Shown piece after piece: positions 11,721 through 23,689 of a stretch of 64,000 bases of DNA. Each line of letters begins with the position of its first letter. Position 1 is the first letter of the stretch. The notes below the pieces were generated by a model that was not told the DNA's origin, did not search any database, and saw nothing but the letters and a program-made list of their open reading frames with translations. The translations under genes were made by a program, and so were the position numbers. This DNA is from Rhina ancylostomus. Taxonomy: Eukaryota. Where the stretch lies: assembly GCA_030265395.1 (NCBI GenBank), contig JARFYF010000112.1, positions 81,111,479-81,175,478 on the forward strand, in the 5' to 3' direction.

Positions 11721-13234
11721 AAAGCATAAACTCCAGAATTTTATAACCCTTAGATGTCCCAAAATGCTTTACAGTCAACAAAGTACTTTAGAAGTGTAAC
11801 CACTATTAAGCTGTGTGAAGGGACATGGGAATCAAGGAAAAATATTTTCATTTTCTCACTATTTTCAAAATGAATAGTGTCTATATGTGAAAACAACCCC
11901 AAATAATGCTCATTTAATTAGTGTAGGGACATACAGAAGGACATTGGTGGTCCATTTCCAAATGCTGGTGGACTAGAACCTAAAAAGATGGACATGCAAT
12001 TCTAGAGACGTAGACAGGAGAGTTGTAAGATAGTGGAGGGAGGGAGGCAGGGTGGGCTATCAAAACAAGGGTAAGATCGTGAGGAGACAAGAGATCGATT
12101 GGGGGACAATGTTATGCTGTCGATCAGAAGTTAGAAAGTGTCAGACATGTTTCTAAAGCATATTATAAGTATTTTAATACTGAAGATTCCAGAAATCTGA
12201 GAAATTCCTTGCCTAATAGAAATTTGAATAAAGAAAGAAATAACATAGAAAAAATATGTTGGGGTGATTGATAAACATGCATTATGAAATGTAAGTTCTG
12301 AGTTTGATGGAAGAACTCATGAATATCTACCAGGCTGACAGAAAAACAATATTAATGAAGCCCTAAATGATACCCCTACATTTTCCTATGAATAGAGTAG
12401 CTCTGGTAAGATTTGAATGTCCCCTTAGGTTGAACTCCAAAACTGGTAGCCTGACGTGCATAATCAGTCAAACTGATAAGTATATTCTAAACAAAGTTAT
12501 AGATAAATTCTGAATCAAAATTTCTATTCTTTTGCTGCATTTATTTCCCAAAATACAACATGCCCTCATTGTTATGTGGAATTATTGAATTGCTATAGCA
12601 CAGAAGGAGGCCACTTAACCCATAAGTCTCTCAGTCCTTTGTAGAACAATCCAGTTAAAAATCGTACCATCAGTTAGCATCATACAATCCAGTTAAAACA
12701 TCAGATTGTTTACTTGCTTATATTTGATTACCCATAGAAACTAAGAATGATGCAATGTTTAGGGAGATACATGTACTCAGTCTGAATATTAAATCATATA
12801 ATTATAAGCACAGAATGATTGATGTGGAAAATAGAACAGCAGTTGTATTACTGCAGAAGAGAATGTCCTTCTGAGGCTGAGGAGAAGGCTTTAGTTTTCA
12901 AATGACTTGGGAATGCTTGAAGTTGATACTGGATACCCCAAAAGGTAAGAGTTCCAATTGTTAATGGTGATGATAATTAATGATGTCTCGATTTAATGGT
13001 CACAAATATTGTCCAAACGTTTAATCTGGGGAAGAACTAGGCATCATTTTCCCCAGACTACTTAATGCCCAAGTGTACATTCATGAATTTTGATTTAAAA
13101 AAAGCACATTAATTGACTTAAAGAAAAATAAAAGTTGTATTTTTCAAGATGATTTTGTTTTCCCCAATAGTGCATTAACAAAACAATAACTAAGGTTAAT
13201 AGATGAATGTTATCTGTATGTATTATTTATTATT

Positions 13235-13500
13235 CATTTTCCAAGACTCAGCTTGCCCTGGCAAAACCAGCATTTATTGCCCTTCCCTAGTTATTAATGA
13301 GAAGGTGGTGATGACCCCTGCTCTTGAACCAATCCAGTCTTTCTGGTGAAAGTACTCCCACAGTTCTGTCATGGAAGAAAATGCAGGGTTTAGATGGAGC
13401 AACAATGATGAAACAGCTATAGAGTTAGGATGCCCTGCATCTTAGCGAGATGGTGGTGCTCCTGTGCACCCATTGTCTTTCTTGGTGGTAGAGATTGCAT
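13235..13500 (-). mobile_element. LINE 3'-end fragment (family uncertain)
   Basis: ccagcatttattgcccttccctagt...gagaaggtggtg...cttgaacc; a reverse-oriented relative lies at ~49790-49900. Confidence 0.45.
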
Positions 13501-16500
13501 TGTCTCATACCATTTGGAAGTACATTTATGGGATGTGAATAAGGTCCAGGCTTCAACTTACATCCATGATTCTCTATACAAATAGTTCCTTATCTCAGCC
13601 ACCTTCATTCCTGGAGACTGGAAACTCCTCCCTGTATGGGTCAGTTCAAAAAGGTAATAAAAGGAGGAAGATTTTGTGTCAGCCCCATTTGCACACTTTG
13701 TAGCAGCAGTGAGAATAAAGGGTTTAGCAACAGAAGCCTGTCAACTTCACCAAACAATGTTTTGACATATCTGAAAAATAGTTTGAAACATTTTCTTTAG
13801 TGAAGAAGATTATATCTGCAGCAATTTGTTCCTCTTTAATTTATTTTTGTATTTATGATCAAAAATACAATTAAGATTAGCTGACTGAAAATAGTTCATC
13901 ATTTTTAACTGTTTAAAGTTTGCTGGTGGGAGCTATTAAAAACACCTTTGTTTTTTCAGATATTCTAGGTATTGTGTTGTGAACAAGGTTAGCAGTAGTG
14001 AAGGAAAGAATCATTAAAATAAAGAGCCCTTTTTACCAGATTCTAGTATGATTTGGAGTTCTCTAGTAAGCACAATCCACCAGCATTTCTGAATTGAGTT
14101 CTCCTCTAGGTTAAGCTGACTCGTTTAGTTTTGGACAAGGATGAGTCATATTAAGAAAGCAGAAAACAATTTTCTGACCTATTCCATGAGGTGGGTGAAT
14201 TTGTTGTATAGCTTTTCAATTAATATGTCATCTGCAAAGCCAGTGCTATAATTTTGTTACATGGCCTTATCCTGTGGCTGTCTGGTTTTGCAACAGCAGC
14301 AATCCTGCACCATTGTGCATTTCATTAGCTTTAGTTAATAACTGTTCCATGTTCAAGTTGTGTAATATTCTGGCATTTCAATAAACTGACAGATGTAGTT
14401 ACAGTTGAGAGTGCAGTGTGGATTAAAGAAGACATGGGTTCATTCATGTTTTAGTGGTACTTGTTAGAAGTAACCGGTTAAATTTGTATCACTTTTATTT
14501 CATAGTATGTACTGAAATAGAATATTGGAGCAAATCAATGTCAAATCTGATGAGGAATTAATGAGATTTGACACTGAATTTTTCACTTATGTTTTCACAT
14601 AAGTGTGAAAAGAAGTTTCACATTTTTCACTTATGCAGAATTTTTCACTTATGAATTCTAAAGGAGGAGACACCTCTTCACCCATTCTATCTAATCATGT
14701 AACAAAGCAACCTTTCAATATCCCAATTTAAGTGCTCCAAAGTAACACTGCATAAAGTTAATACAAAATAATGAGATGAGTAATTAACATTTATTATTTG
14801 TGGAATTCTCAATTCTGGAAAGTTTAATCAGTCACCATTTCACACACAAAAAAACACTTTTTATGTCATAATCATCTGAAAGAACTTAGCAAACTGCTTC
14901 CTGATCTTGGCTAATGTAAGCAATGTATAGGCCATGTGTTGGAATACACTGAACCAGGTTTGCCCAGCTAATTATAAACAGGTAGCTGAGACAATGAGCA
15001 GTCACTTGTAATGTTAGTAACTAGTGTCAGGTGGAAATTGGCTCTTTCAAATCATTTTTATAAAGGACCTAATGTTTCATTGGCTGTAATAAATAAGGAC
15101 AATGACAATAAGTCTTTCTGTGAGGCCATAGAGAAAAAAACTCTTGTTTATATGGCAGCAATTGGCACAAAGTTGGCAATGTTTCTTCACAAATGAAAGT
15201 GTCACTTTGGTGCAAGTCAAGGACATTCTCCCTAGGTGGGGGTTGGAGGTGGCAGGGTTCATTATTGGGAAAATGGGAAGGAAGTCTTAAATGAATCTAA
15301 CTAGGCCATAATTAACCCATCAGTGTGTGGGGAATGTTCCCCAGTAACACTCAGTATCAAAGCAGACTGCTCTTGGGTGTAGGAGCTCAGGGAATAATTT
15401 CAAGAGCTGGGAAAAGTAAGTACCACAGGCCATTGCTCGCCAGCACCATAGTTTCTGTTTACCTATTTATGGATTTATATTCATTAGGAAGGCGAGAAAA
15501 TTCCGATTTCATAGTTAATAAATGGAAGCGAAAATTATAGTTTGGTGATGCAGCACCTAATGAAGCCACGTTATTTCCACAGGAATGTAATTAGTTATGT
15601 AAAGATAACTGCATAAACTAGCAGCGAAATTGAGGCATCAAGTATTTTTAAATGCCTTAAACATTCAAGAAATTGCATTAAAATAGCAGTTTTCGTTGTT
15701 AGATTATAGTTCTCTAGCCAATCTATATCTTTTTTGTGTGAAAATATCTTTATTTTTGTAGTGTAAGCTCATCCTGTAGTTGTTTTATAAGCAAACTATG
15801 TTTAGAAAAATGTCACCCATGTTATCTCAACCGAACATAGTTCTGTAGCAGTCGAGAAGAAATGTTGATAGATTTTAAAAAGTGTATATTCTCTTTCTTA
15901 GAAGCTTTTGATCTAATCCCTCCCGTTCCTGGTTTTTGCNNNNNNNNNNNNNNNNNNNNNNNNNNNNNNNNNNNNNNNNNNNNNNNNNNNNNNNNNNNNN
16001 NNNNNNNNNNNNNNNNNNNNNNNNNGGGGGGGGGGGGGGGGGGAGTGTATGGGGACTCGCTCACTGAGGAGCTGAGTCGTGGGAATTTGATTCAATGATA
16101 ATTTTGCCGAACTGCCATAAACTGAATACCATACTGTAAATCTAATATTGTCGATTAAGTTTGTTGGGTTTGGAAAGTCCTCCCGACAATACTCTCAACT
16201 AGCATCGAAGTAACTGGTTCAAAACCAGTTTACCGGCCATACTTGATGCATATGTTGTGTGATGTAGGTGTTATAATGGTAGACATCAAAACGACTAATC
16301 CTGCATTACAGGCACTAACTTCCATTCATCCAACCACCTAGCATTAATCTCTAAAGAAAAAAGTCTCCTGCTATTACAGATGCTTGAAGATTCCTCCCAT
16401 GTCCGAAAAACTGATTCGGCACGCACCACTGGATACCCCAGGATTCGAGACGATAGCTCAGAATTTCCCATTGGCAACGCCAGGATCTCCGTACAAACAT

Positions 16501-16732
16501 TTCTGGGCCCTCGAATCCCAGTCACAGCTCCTACCATGAGCCATTCTAGGTTTATTTGATTGCCATTTACAATTTACCGCATCGGACACACTGTGTTTCT
16601 CAGATAGACGTCCAAACTTCATACAGACCAAAGCTGAATGTTTTCCTCGTCAGAAGTCCAGATTGTTTTAAAACTAACCTCGAGGTCTTTCACGCCAGTG
16701 TTCAAAGTTTCACCCGCCAGACATTCGTGAGT

Positions 16733-16862
16733 TCTCGGATTATGTCCAAGATTGTTCACATAAACTAAGGTTGCCATCAAACTTGTCATTTCATGCTGAC
16801 CAGGAAATCGAGAGCACATTTCATGACTCCATCTCTGGAACTCCATAGACAACGTATCATTT
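16733..16862 (+). repeat. Local direct repeat, copy 1 (copy 2 at 18476-18599)
   Basis: ~125-130 bp near-identical to 18476-18599, differing by one 6-nt indel and a handful of substitutions. Confidence 0.85.
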
Positions 16863-18475
16863 CTCATTTCCGCCGAAAGACCTTTCACTCTAACAGCTTA
16901 TCATTCATTATTTCATTGTTGCATGAAACCTCGAAAGCTGAATTAAGACGTTGCTGTTTCCAACCGATAAGTTGAAGAGAACCGATTTAAATTGAAGGTC
17001 CAATTCTATCCCAAGTTTGGGATCTGAGTTCAACATCTAAGCAAAACCCTGGGATCCACACTCATTTCGGTGTTCAACAGAATATGAATTAAAGTTTTTC
17101 AATTTATTGATTTCATTGAGGTTTAAATCATTCATAATTCAGTTGTAATGCCGTTTTATATTTTAATTCGTGTTATTAAATGTGCAACGTTTGAAACTTA
17201 CATTAGCATTAATTTATCGTCTGTTGTGATACCTAGAGAGTTTCACACAACTTAAATCTGCTGCTACTGAACGAACGGTAAGAATGAATGGCCGGGTGGC
17301 TTCAAGCCATTAGAGTAACGGAGTTAGATATTAGATGGCAATAAAGTGTTCGAATCTTTTAAAGTGACTGTAACGTGACTGGACATAGACAAAACATTTA
17401 AACGACTTTGTTCATTTATATGTTGCAATTTATTCGAATTCCAAACAATGGTCACACAGCTGAAGCGAAGGTCTGTTTTCACCAAACAATGGCCTTTGTT
17501 TCCGAACATATTTACTCCAATGTTGCGGCAGTGAAAGGTCCCGTGCTATTGGATGTAGTGATCCCAGAATCGCTCGTTGTGGCCCAGATTGGTCTCACAT
17601 TCCCAATTTATTGTTTTCGTTTCCTTTTCCCCTTCAACTTTCCCGCCACCGGGTAACATTTCTCTCGCAGGCGACCTGTTTCTATCGTTAATTTAACATC
17701 GCTCGATAAACAGCAATGTGGGGGAGTTGGCAATGTAGCAGTAACTCGATGCTCTTTCTCTTCGGGGGAATTCCCGAGTACGGTGCAGATCGTAAACCAG
17801 TGGCAATCTCTAAACAGATTTCATGCTTCATGTACCTAGGCTTAGTTCATTTGGTTTCTTGAGATCATCCAAAAATGTCCTTTCACTCCTGAATATAAAA
17901 AGCTTTTGAGTGGTTTTCCTATAACCCACAAACCGTTCCATTAAAGTTGCTTCATGTGTATTTTGTGCGATTAAAAAAAGTCTAAAAATTGAAAATAGTT
18001 TTGTAGAGCAAAAGAAAACAAAGTATTTTCGGTTACAAATGACACATAGTTCCTCCCACACTTGATTTTCCTTGAGTTCCATGTGCCCAGTGGACTTGAG
18101 GTAGTGGTCTGAGCAGACCTGATATCAGTGGTAGTGCAGGAAAGAGTTTGTGAATTATATGTGGAACAGAACTGGTGGTTCGGACACGGAGCACACAACT
18201 GGATAGTGGAATTCGGCGTGAGATGGAACTGTGGTGATGGAAAGAATGAATAATGTAAACTTGAAATGTACACAATGGTCTGGAATCATGCTTGGTTTAC
18301 CCTTTACAAGCGGGGAGACATTTGACAGAACCTTTTTCCCAGCTGGTAAAGACGATTAGTTTAGAGTGATGGATTGTGCCCGTCGTCGCTCACTCAAAAG
18401 CTTGGGTTTGATTTTTAAGCGTGAGATGTTTATTATTTTGATACCAATATTACACAGCATCAGATAAATGCAACA

Positions 18476-18599
18476 TCTCGGATTATGTTCAAGATTGTTC
18501 ACTAAGGTTGCCATCAAACTTGTCACTTCATGCTAACCAGGAAATCGAGAGCACATTTCATGACTCCATCTCTGGAATTCTATAGACCATGTATCATTT
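18476..18599 (+). repeat. Local direct repeat, copy 2
   Basis: tctcggattatgttcaagattgttcactaaggttgccatcaaacttgtc...gtatcattt matches 16733-16862. Confidence 0.85.
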
Positions 18600-18689
18600 G
18601 ATCACGTAGACCATGTCTGCACACACTGTGCCTATAATCGGACAGAGGGGGATCTAGCTTACCCATATTTTCACATGAATCTGGTGTGG

Positions 18690-18929
18690 AGATTCCTGGG
18701 GAACGAGGATTTTCCAGTCTGGTTTTGTGGATTCTGGGGAGGTTGATGGGGGAACGGCAGGTTTTTCCACAGGTGGGGCAGGTTGTAGTTGACTGGGCGG
18801 GCAGCTGGTTAGTTTGTGAGATGGTGCGTTCCTTCCTCCGCTCACGCAGGGCTTCTGTTGCTTCGATGCATGAAGCGAAGGGGGCGGGGGGGGGGGGTTG
18901 GAAACGGCGCTTAATGCCATCCTGAATGC
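18690..18929 (-). mobile_element. RTE-clade LINE C-terminal fragment
   Basis: Minus-strand ORF ...RRKERTISQT...TTTCPTCGKTCRSPINL resembles the RTE C-terminal Zn-knuckle CPTCGR.C.SRIGL.SH. Confidence 0.7.
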
Positions 18930-19344
18930 NNNNNNNNNNNNNNNNNNNNNNNNNNNNNNNNNNNNNNNNNNNNNNNNNNNNNNNNNNNNNNNNNNNNNNN
19001 NNNNNNNNNNNNNNNNNNNNNNNNNNNNNCAGACTTACCACCAAATTGTACCATTGCTTTCGTTATTTACATTTATATTTGTGAATAGTATTCCTGAGCC
19101 TCCCTAACCAAATGATAGATGTTCTTGACTACAATCACACTCAGTGTTGCACAAAACCAAAGACTTCTATCAATCTCTCCCTCCTACCACCTGCTCCTGT
19201 ACCCCAATCCCGAACAACCTTCCCCCTCCACCACCCCCAACCCCACACTCACACATGGATGTTTTCATTACCCAACTTTTCTTCTTCACAGGACAGCCAC
19301 ACAATCTTTCCTCAACCACCAATATTCCATCCTTTTCTGAAGCA

Positions 19345-19510
19345 AAAGCAGAAAATGACTCTGTGACTCTAAAATGCTGAAAACACTCAGCAGATCAGGA
19401 AGCATCTATGGAAAGAGAAATAGCTAACATTTCAGGTTGAAGACCCTCTGTCAGAACTGAAAAATTAACTCAGTTTCTCTTTCCATAGGTGCTGCTTGAC
19501 CAGCTGACTG
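19345..19510. repeat. Penelope-terminal fold-back remnant
   Basis: Arms tcagcagatcaggaagcatctatggaaagagaaa and tttctctttccataggtgctgcttgaccagctga are inverted. A decayed hammerhead core lies between them on the minus strand. Confidence 0.6.
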
Positions 19511-20689
19511 TTCCGCTCTGAAGCACTGATGCTATTGGTTTCAGGCTTGCTGATTCTCCTGGCCACTTTACTTACATATCTGATATGTGAACTGCAGTAA
19601 TAAATGCTGTCAGCCTATCCGACCTCGAGGCAACTGGCACAGCTGGAATGAAAATTCTCCATTACCCAAACACTTTCAGCTCCAACAACAGGAAAGCAAT
19701 GGAACAGTGGTGATTTTGAAATATCAATTTTCCCATGCAAAATTAGTGAGTGAAAAACAAAATCCTGTAGATGCTGCAAATCTGACAGAAAAAAGACAGA
19801 AAATTCCGAACTTCCATTGACCAAGATCAATAACTTTGCTTCTCTCTCCACAGGTGCTGCCTCAGCTCCTGAGTATCTCCAGCATTTTCTATTTTTATAC
19901 AGAGGGAATTATGATAAGGTGGGCACCACTACCATGGCACAAATTCAACCTGGAATTCTGATCCCAATATTTCCAGGTACTGNNNNNNNNNNNNNNNNNN
20001 NNNNNNNNNNNNNNNNNNNNNNNNNNNNNNNNNNNNNNNNNNNNNNNNNNNNNNNNNNNNNNNNNNNNNNNNNNNNNNNNNNAGCATGGAATCCATGTGC
20101 TGTACAACAAGGCATCATCAAAGGAGCCAAATTGAGAGCCAGTACCCAGAACCATGACAAAAATCTTGTTATGAATAAGACACACTATTTGTGCAAAATG
20201 AACAACTTGCTCTGGGGTTATTATTTTTTCATTGGACCAATTTCACTTTTTACACCACACAATTCCATATGTTGTCTGAGTTTGATTTCGCATGAAAATA
20301 TTTACTGAATAGGGTTACTTTAGGTGCTATTTATAAACAATGTTCAGAAATGATGGAGACAAAACTGCTACATGGGAATGTGAGCCTTAGACATCAAGGG
20401 CCAAGAGGAAGAACCAGCAACAGGGAGTCAAGAAACAAATTTCAAGTACAGTTTCCTTTTAATTCATTCATGGGATGTGGTAAATCCAGGATTCCTGATC
20501 TTCCAAATGTTCCCTCAACTCGGTTGCTTGCTAGGCCAAAGGGCAGTTCAGGACCAACCATGCTGATACCTCAGAATGATACAGGAGGTCATTCAGACTA
20601 ATGGGCCCATGCAATCCCACCAATTCCATTCTTCTCTTTTATTTATCTCAGCAACTTATTCTCTGGCACACATCCCCATCGCCCCTGAC

Positions 20690-20830
20690 TCGTTAGCCCA
20701 TTAACCTGCATTAAGGAGAAATTTATAGTGGCCAATCTAATCTATCTGCACATTTATGGGATATGAGTGGAAACTGGAAGATCAGGAGGAAACCCTGATA
20801 GAACATGCAGACTGTGCACAGGCAGTATAT
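20690..20830 (-). mobile_element. Decayed V-SINE fragment
   Basis: atttatagtggccaat...ggaaactggaagatcaggaggaaaccc resembles 29755-29840. Confidence 0.5.
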
Positions 20831-22164
20831 GGGACTGTAGTCACAAATAAACTAGATCAGGGAAGGAAGGCATATTCCCTTGCCCCCAATAAAGCTTTGA
20901 AGAACCATGTGTGTTTTACAACCATTCAATCANNNNNNNNNNGACACTAGGTTCTTGACTCCAAATTGACTGATGGATTTAAGTCCCTTTACCCTTACGT
21001 GACATGAGACAACGCGCATGGAAACAGTGAAGAGGGCTTGCTCGCCCAGTGAACGTTTGTTTTGTGCACTGCAGGTCGCTGCATGTGTGCTATTCATAAT
21101 TGCAACAATAATGCAAATCTCATGCTGCTGAGAGCTCGGACACGCACACCTGAAGCACGCCGGCACACGGGATGACGTTTCTCCTGCTATAATAGTCATC
21201 TGACGACTGCTCCCCACAGGGCTGCCTAAGCACAAGTAGCACACAACGTGCAGCACCCACGGGAAAGTGAATCTGAACAGTTCTGCACCGAAGCTCCTTT
21301 ACGAAGTGCTGGATCACTGGCAGTCGGGTTGGGTTGGAAGTGAATTTGTTGTACTAAATACGAATGCACTTTGTAACAGTTTGCAACCAGGAGGGTGAAG
21401 GCTGCTATATTTTTGCCAAGAGGGAGGCTGTTTAGTGCTGGTGTCCCGGGACCTCCGCCACAACCAGTGGGAGGGAGTGGCTGGAAGCACAGTCTCCTTG
21501 CCAGAGGAAGGCGACAAGAGCTTCTGCCACGAGGGCTAAAACCCCCGACCGTCTTCTGGAACAACGGGTCCAACGGGCAACATATTCCGGGGCTGAACGT
21601 TTCAGAGCAAGGTGACTGGTGTCTGAGGGCTCCGAGCGTGAAATCTCCAGCCTCGCAGCTGTCCCTGCATCACCCTGCGTGTGGAGGTAGCGCTCAGATC
21701 TCACTGGCTGCAGGCCGGCACCGCAGCTGGGACGCCGCGGTGACCCCCACCAGGTGGAGAACAGCAGGTCGCCCCTGGCCAATTCGCCCAAATCGTGGTC
21801 TTTCCAAGAGCTCAGGGAGTGCCAGACCCGACCAGCGGGCGCTGTGTGAACTGTTGGTCTATAGGAAAGGCCATCAGTCCCTGAACGTGTGGAAACTGTC
21901 GAAGCACCCGCACCCGGGAAGCTCATTCATTTTGAGTTAGTCCACTGCATCTGCCGTATTTCAATCTGTGCCGGATGGACAGGTGGATCCAGAGGGAGAG
22001 ATAGCAAGGACTATTCACTCAAGTTAGGTGGTCCTGCGAGTGCAATTAAAATCAGGGCTATTGGATCACAGACAAGACTGCAAACAACAAGGCACTGGCG
22101 AGGTAGCAGTGGAAAGGTTGTGAATGCTGTCATCTTGAAAGCGGACAGCAGATTCGTACTCCAG

Positions 22165-22566
22165 GAGAACTAGAAAAACAAAGGACTGCAGTTGCTGGAA
22201 TTTAGATTATAAAAATAAGGAGGAACTCAGCAGGCCAGGCAGCATCCGTGGAGAAAAGCAGGCTGTCAACGTTTCGGGTCAGGACCCTTCTTCAGGACTG
22301 AAGGTAGGAAAAGGGGAAGCCCAATATACAGAAGGGAAAGGCAGAGCAGCGATAGGTGGACAAAAGAGGGGAGGCGGGGCGGGCACAAGGTAGTGATAAG
22401 TAGATGCAGGTAAAAGATAGTGCGGGGGAGGAGGGGAGAGCAGATCCACCGGGGGATGGGTCAAAGGTAAGAAAAAAAGGGGGTAGACAAAAGAGAGATA
22501 GACGAGGGAAGGGAATAAGGGTAGGAGGCATGGTTGGGGGTGGGGATTACTTGGAGTGGGAAATTT
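22165..22566 (-). mobile_element. Penelope-like element 3' fragment with 9-bp TSD
   Basis: GTACTCCAG flanks both sides (22156-22164, 22567-22575). Contains the terminal repeat, a hammerhead core and a purine-rich tract. Confidence 0.75.
22263..22300 (-). ncRNA. Minimal type-I hammerhead ribozyme motif (Penelope-associated)
   Basis: RNA: CAGUC-CUGAAGA-A-GGGUC(CU)GACCC-GAAA-CGUU-GACAG. It has the CUGANGA and GAAA cores, helix II, helix I GUC/GAC, palindromic AACGUU in place of helix III, and a GUU cleavage triplet. Confidence 0.7.
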
Positions 22567-23349
22567 GTACTCCAGTTAGCCGCTGTCACACTCCGGGATT
22601 AGAGCCCCAACAATGCCAGTGATGTGCTGCAAAGGCAGAATACCGGGGTGCCAGAGTGCCCCCAACGCTCCAGCCAACAACAGAGTTCAGGGTACTGCAG
22701 GCAGCTCTCGGAACGTGGCAAAACCCAGATCTTCCCTTGCAGGACGCATCTTCGCCACGCCATGGCTGAGTCATGGGCGGATACGTGGAGCTGGCCATCT
22801 GAACACTCAAGATGGGCTGCAAGATTGATGCCGGATTCCTCCAAAGCTCCTCAATACCTTCCGTGGGGCTCGCGGGTGGGCGTGGCAACGCCGCAAGAAC
22901 CTCGCACTTCACACTTGTCTGCAGGCCGCCTTCCCCACCCTCGCTTGAGTTCTCTGAAGCGGAACCCTGCAGAGAGCTAGCAAATAACTGCTCTTCCCCG
23001 GGGAATGTCTCCGGCCCCCTGAACCCCGGTGATTCACTCACTGCGGATCCTGTCACTGGAATACCCTGTAACCACAAAGTGACAGAGGAGTAAAGGCGGT
23101 TCTCCTCTCTCAGTTTTTGGTGATTCATCGGTTGGCCCTGTGCCAGTCGGATATTTTGGGGCATACAACAAAATCATGTATTAACCATCTGAATCTTATA
23201 AGCCAGAAAAGATTTGGAATGAGTGGGAAACGGGATGTATAGGAAATAATTATATGTGACGGTACCATCATACTCAAACCACCAGGCTGTGTAGCAGATT
23301 AGCAACATCCTCACCACTACAGGAATTAGTCTGTGGTGGACACTTTAAT

Positions 23350-23383
23350 GTCCTGACGAAGGGTCTTGACCCGAAATGTTGAC
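23350..23383 (+). ncRNA. Minimal type-I hammerhead ribozyme motif (Penelope-associated)
   Basis: GUC-CUGACGA-A-GGGUC(UU)GACCC-GAAA-UGUU-GAC. Confidence 0.65.
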
Positions 23384-23482
23384 TGGCTGCTTTTCTCCAC
23401 GGATGCTGCCTGGCCTGCTGAGTTCCTCCAGAATCATCGTGTTTTTCATCTAGATGCCAGCATCTGCAGTCCTTTATTTCTC
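23350..23482 (+). mobile_element. Penelope-like terminal repeat, inverted relative to 22172-22300
   Basis: The reverse complement matches 22172-22298, including subfamily-specific gcttttctccacggatgctgcctggcctgctgagttcctcc. Confidence 0.75.
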
Positions 23483-23689
23483 AAGGAGCTAGCTTGTCTC
23501 CTGCTGCTGGTTGCTCGCGTACTTCTCCTGCAAGAGTGACTGTTTTGCAATTTGTGATGTGCCTACCACGGATGAATAGCTGGCAGTGCGTGTGGGACGT
23601 GTGACGGAGTTTTGGAGTGGTGGGAGGTGTGAACAGCATCCGCTGTCCCCGAGGACGGAGGGACTCGCTCCTGGTCTCCACCTCTTCCA

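Larger units (their letters stand above)
21400..22650 (+). mobile_element. Decayed PIF/Harbinger (HARBI1-like) transposase, interrupted by a Penelope insertion
   Basis: Collinear motif remnants across frameshifts: FAQIVVFPRAQGVPD (~21784; cf. FAAIAGFPRVQGAIDCTH), YRKGHQSLNV...HPGSSFILS (cf. NRKGFHSLNVQ...PGS.HD.FIL), DSKDYSL (cf. GDKGYPL), VAVER..ILKADSRF (cf. VERTIG.LK.RF), and VMCC after the insertion (cf. VCCMLHN). Confidence 0.75.

Noticed and set aside
12645-12700. Direct repeat ACAATCCAGTTAAAA
   Set aside because: A single short micro-duplication with no associated structure.
14547-14580. CTGATGAG as a hammerhead core
   Set aside because: No helix II or GAAA follows, and it is not part of the Penelope repeat.
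16100-17060. Possible endogenous viral or retroviral coding remnant
   Set aside because: Translations show no recognisable viral motif; at best very weak L2-like similarity.
21095-21120. SOX-OCT composite (AACAATAATGCAAAT)
   Set aside because: The SOX half is in non-canonical orientation and the site borders a transposon fossil.
21395-23164. 181-, 164- and 192-aa ORFs as novel genes
   Set aside because: Explained by GC-rich decayed Harbinger sequence with frameshifts.
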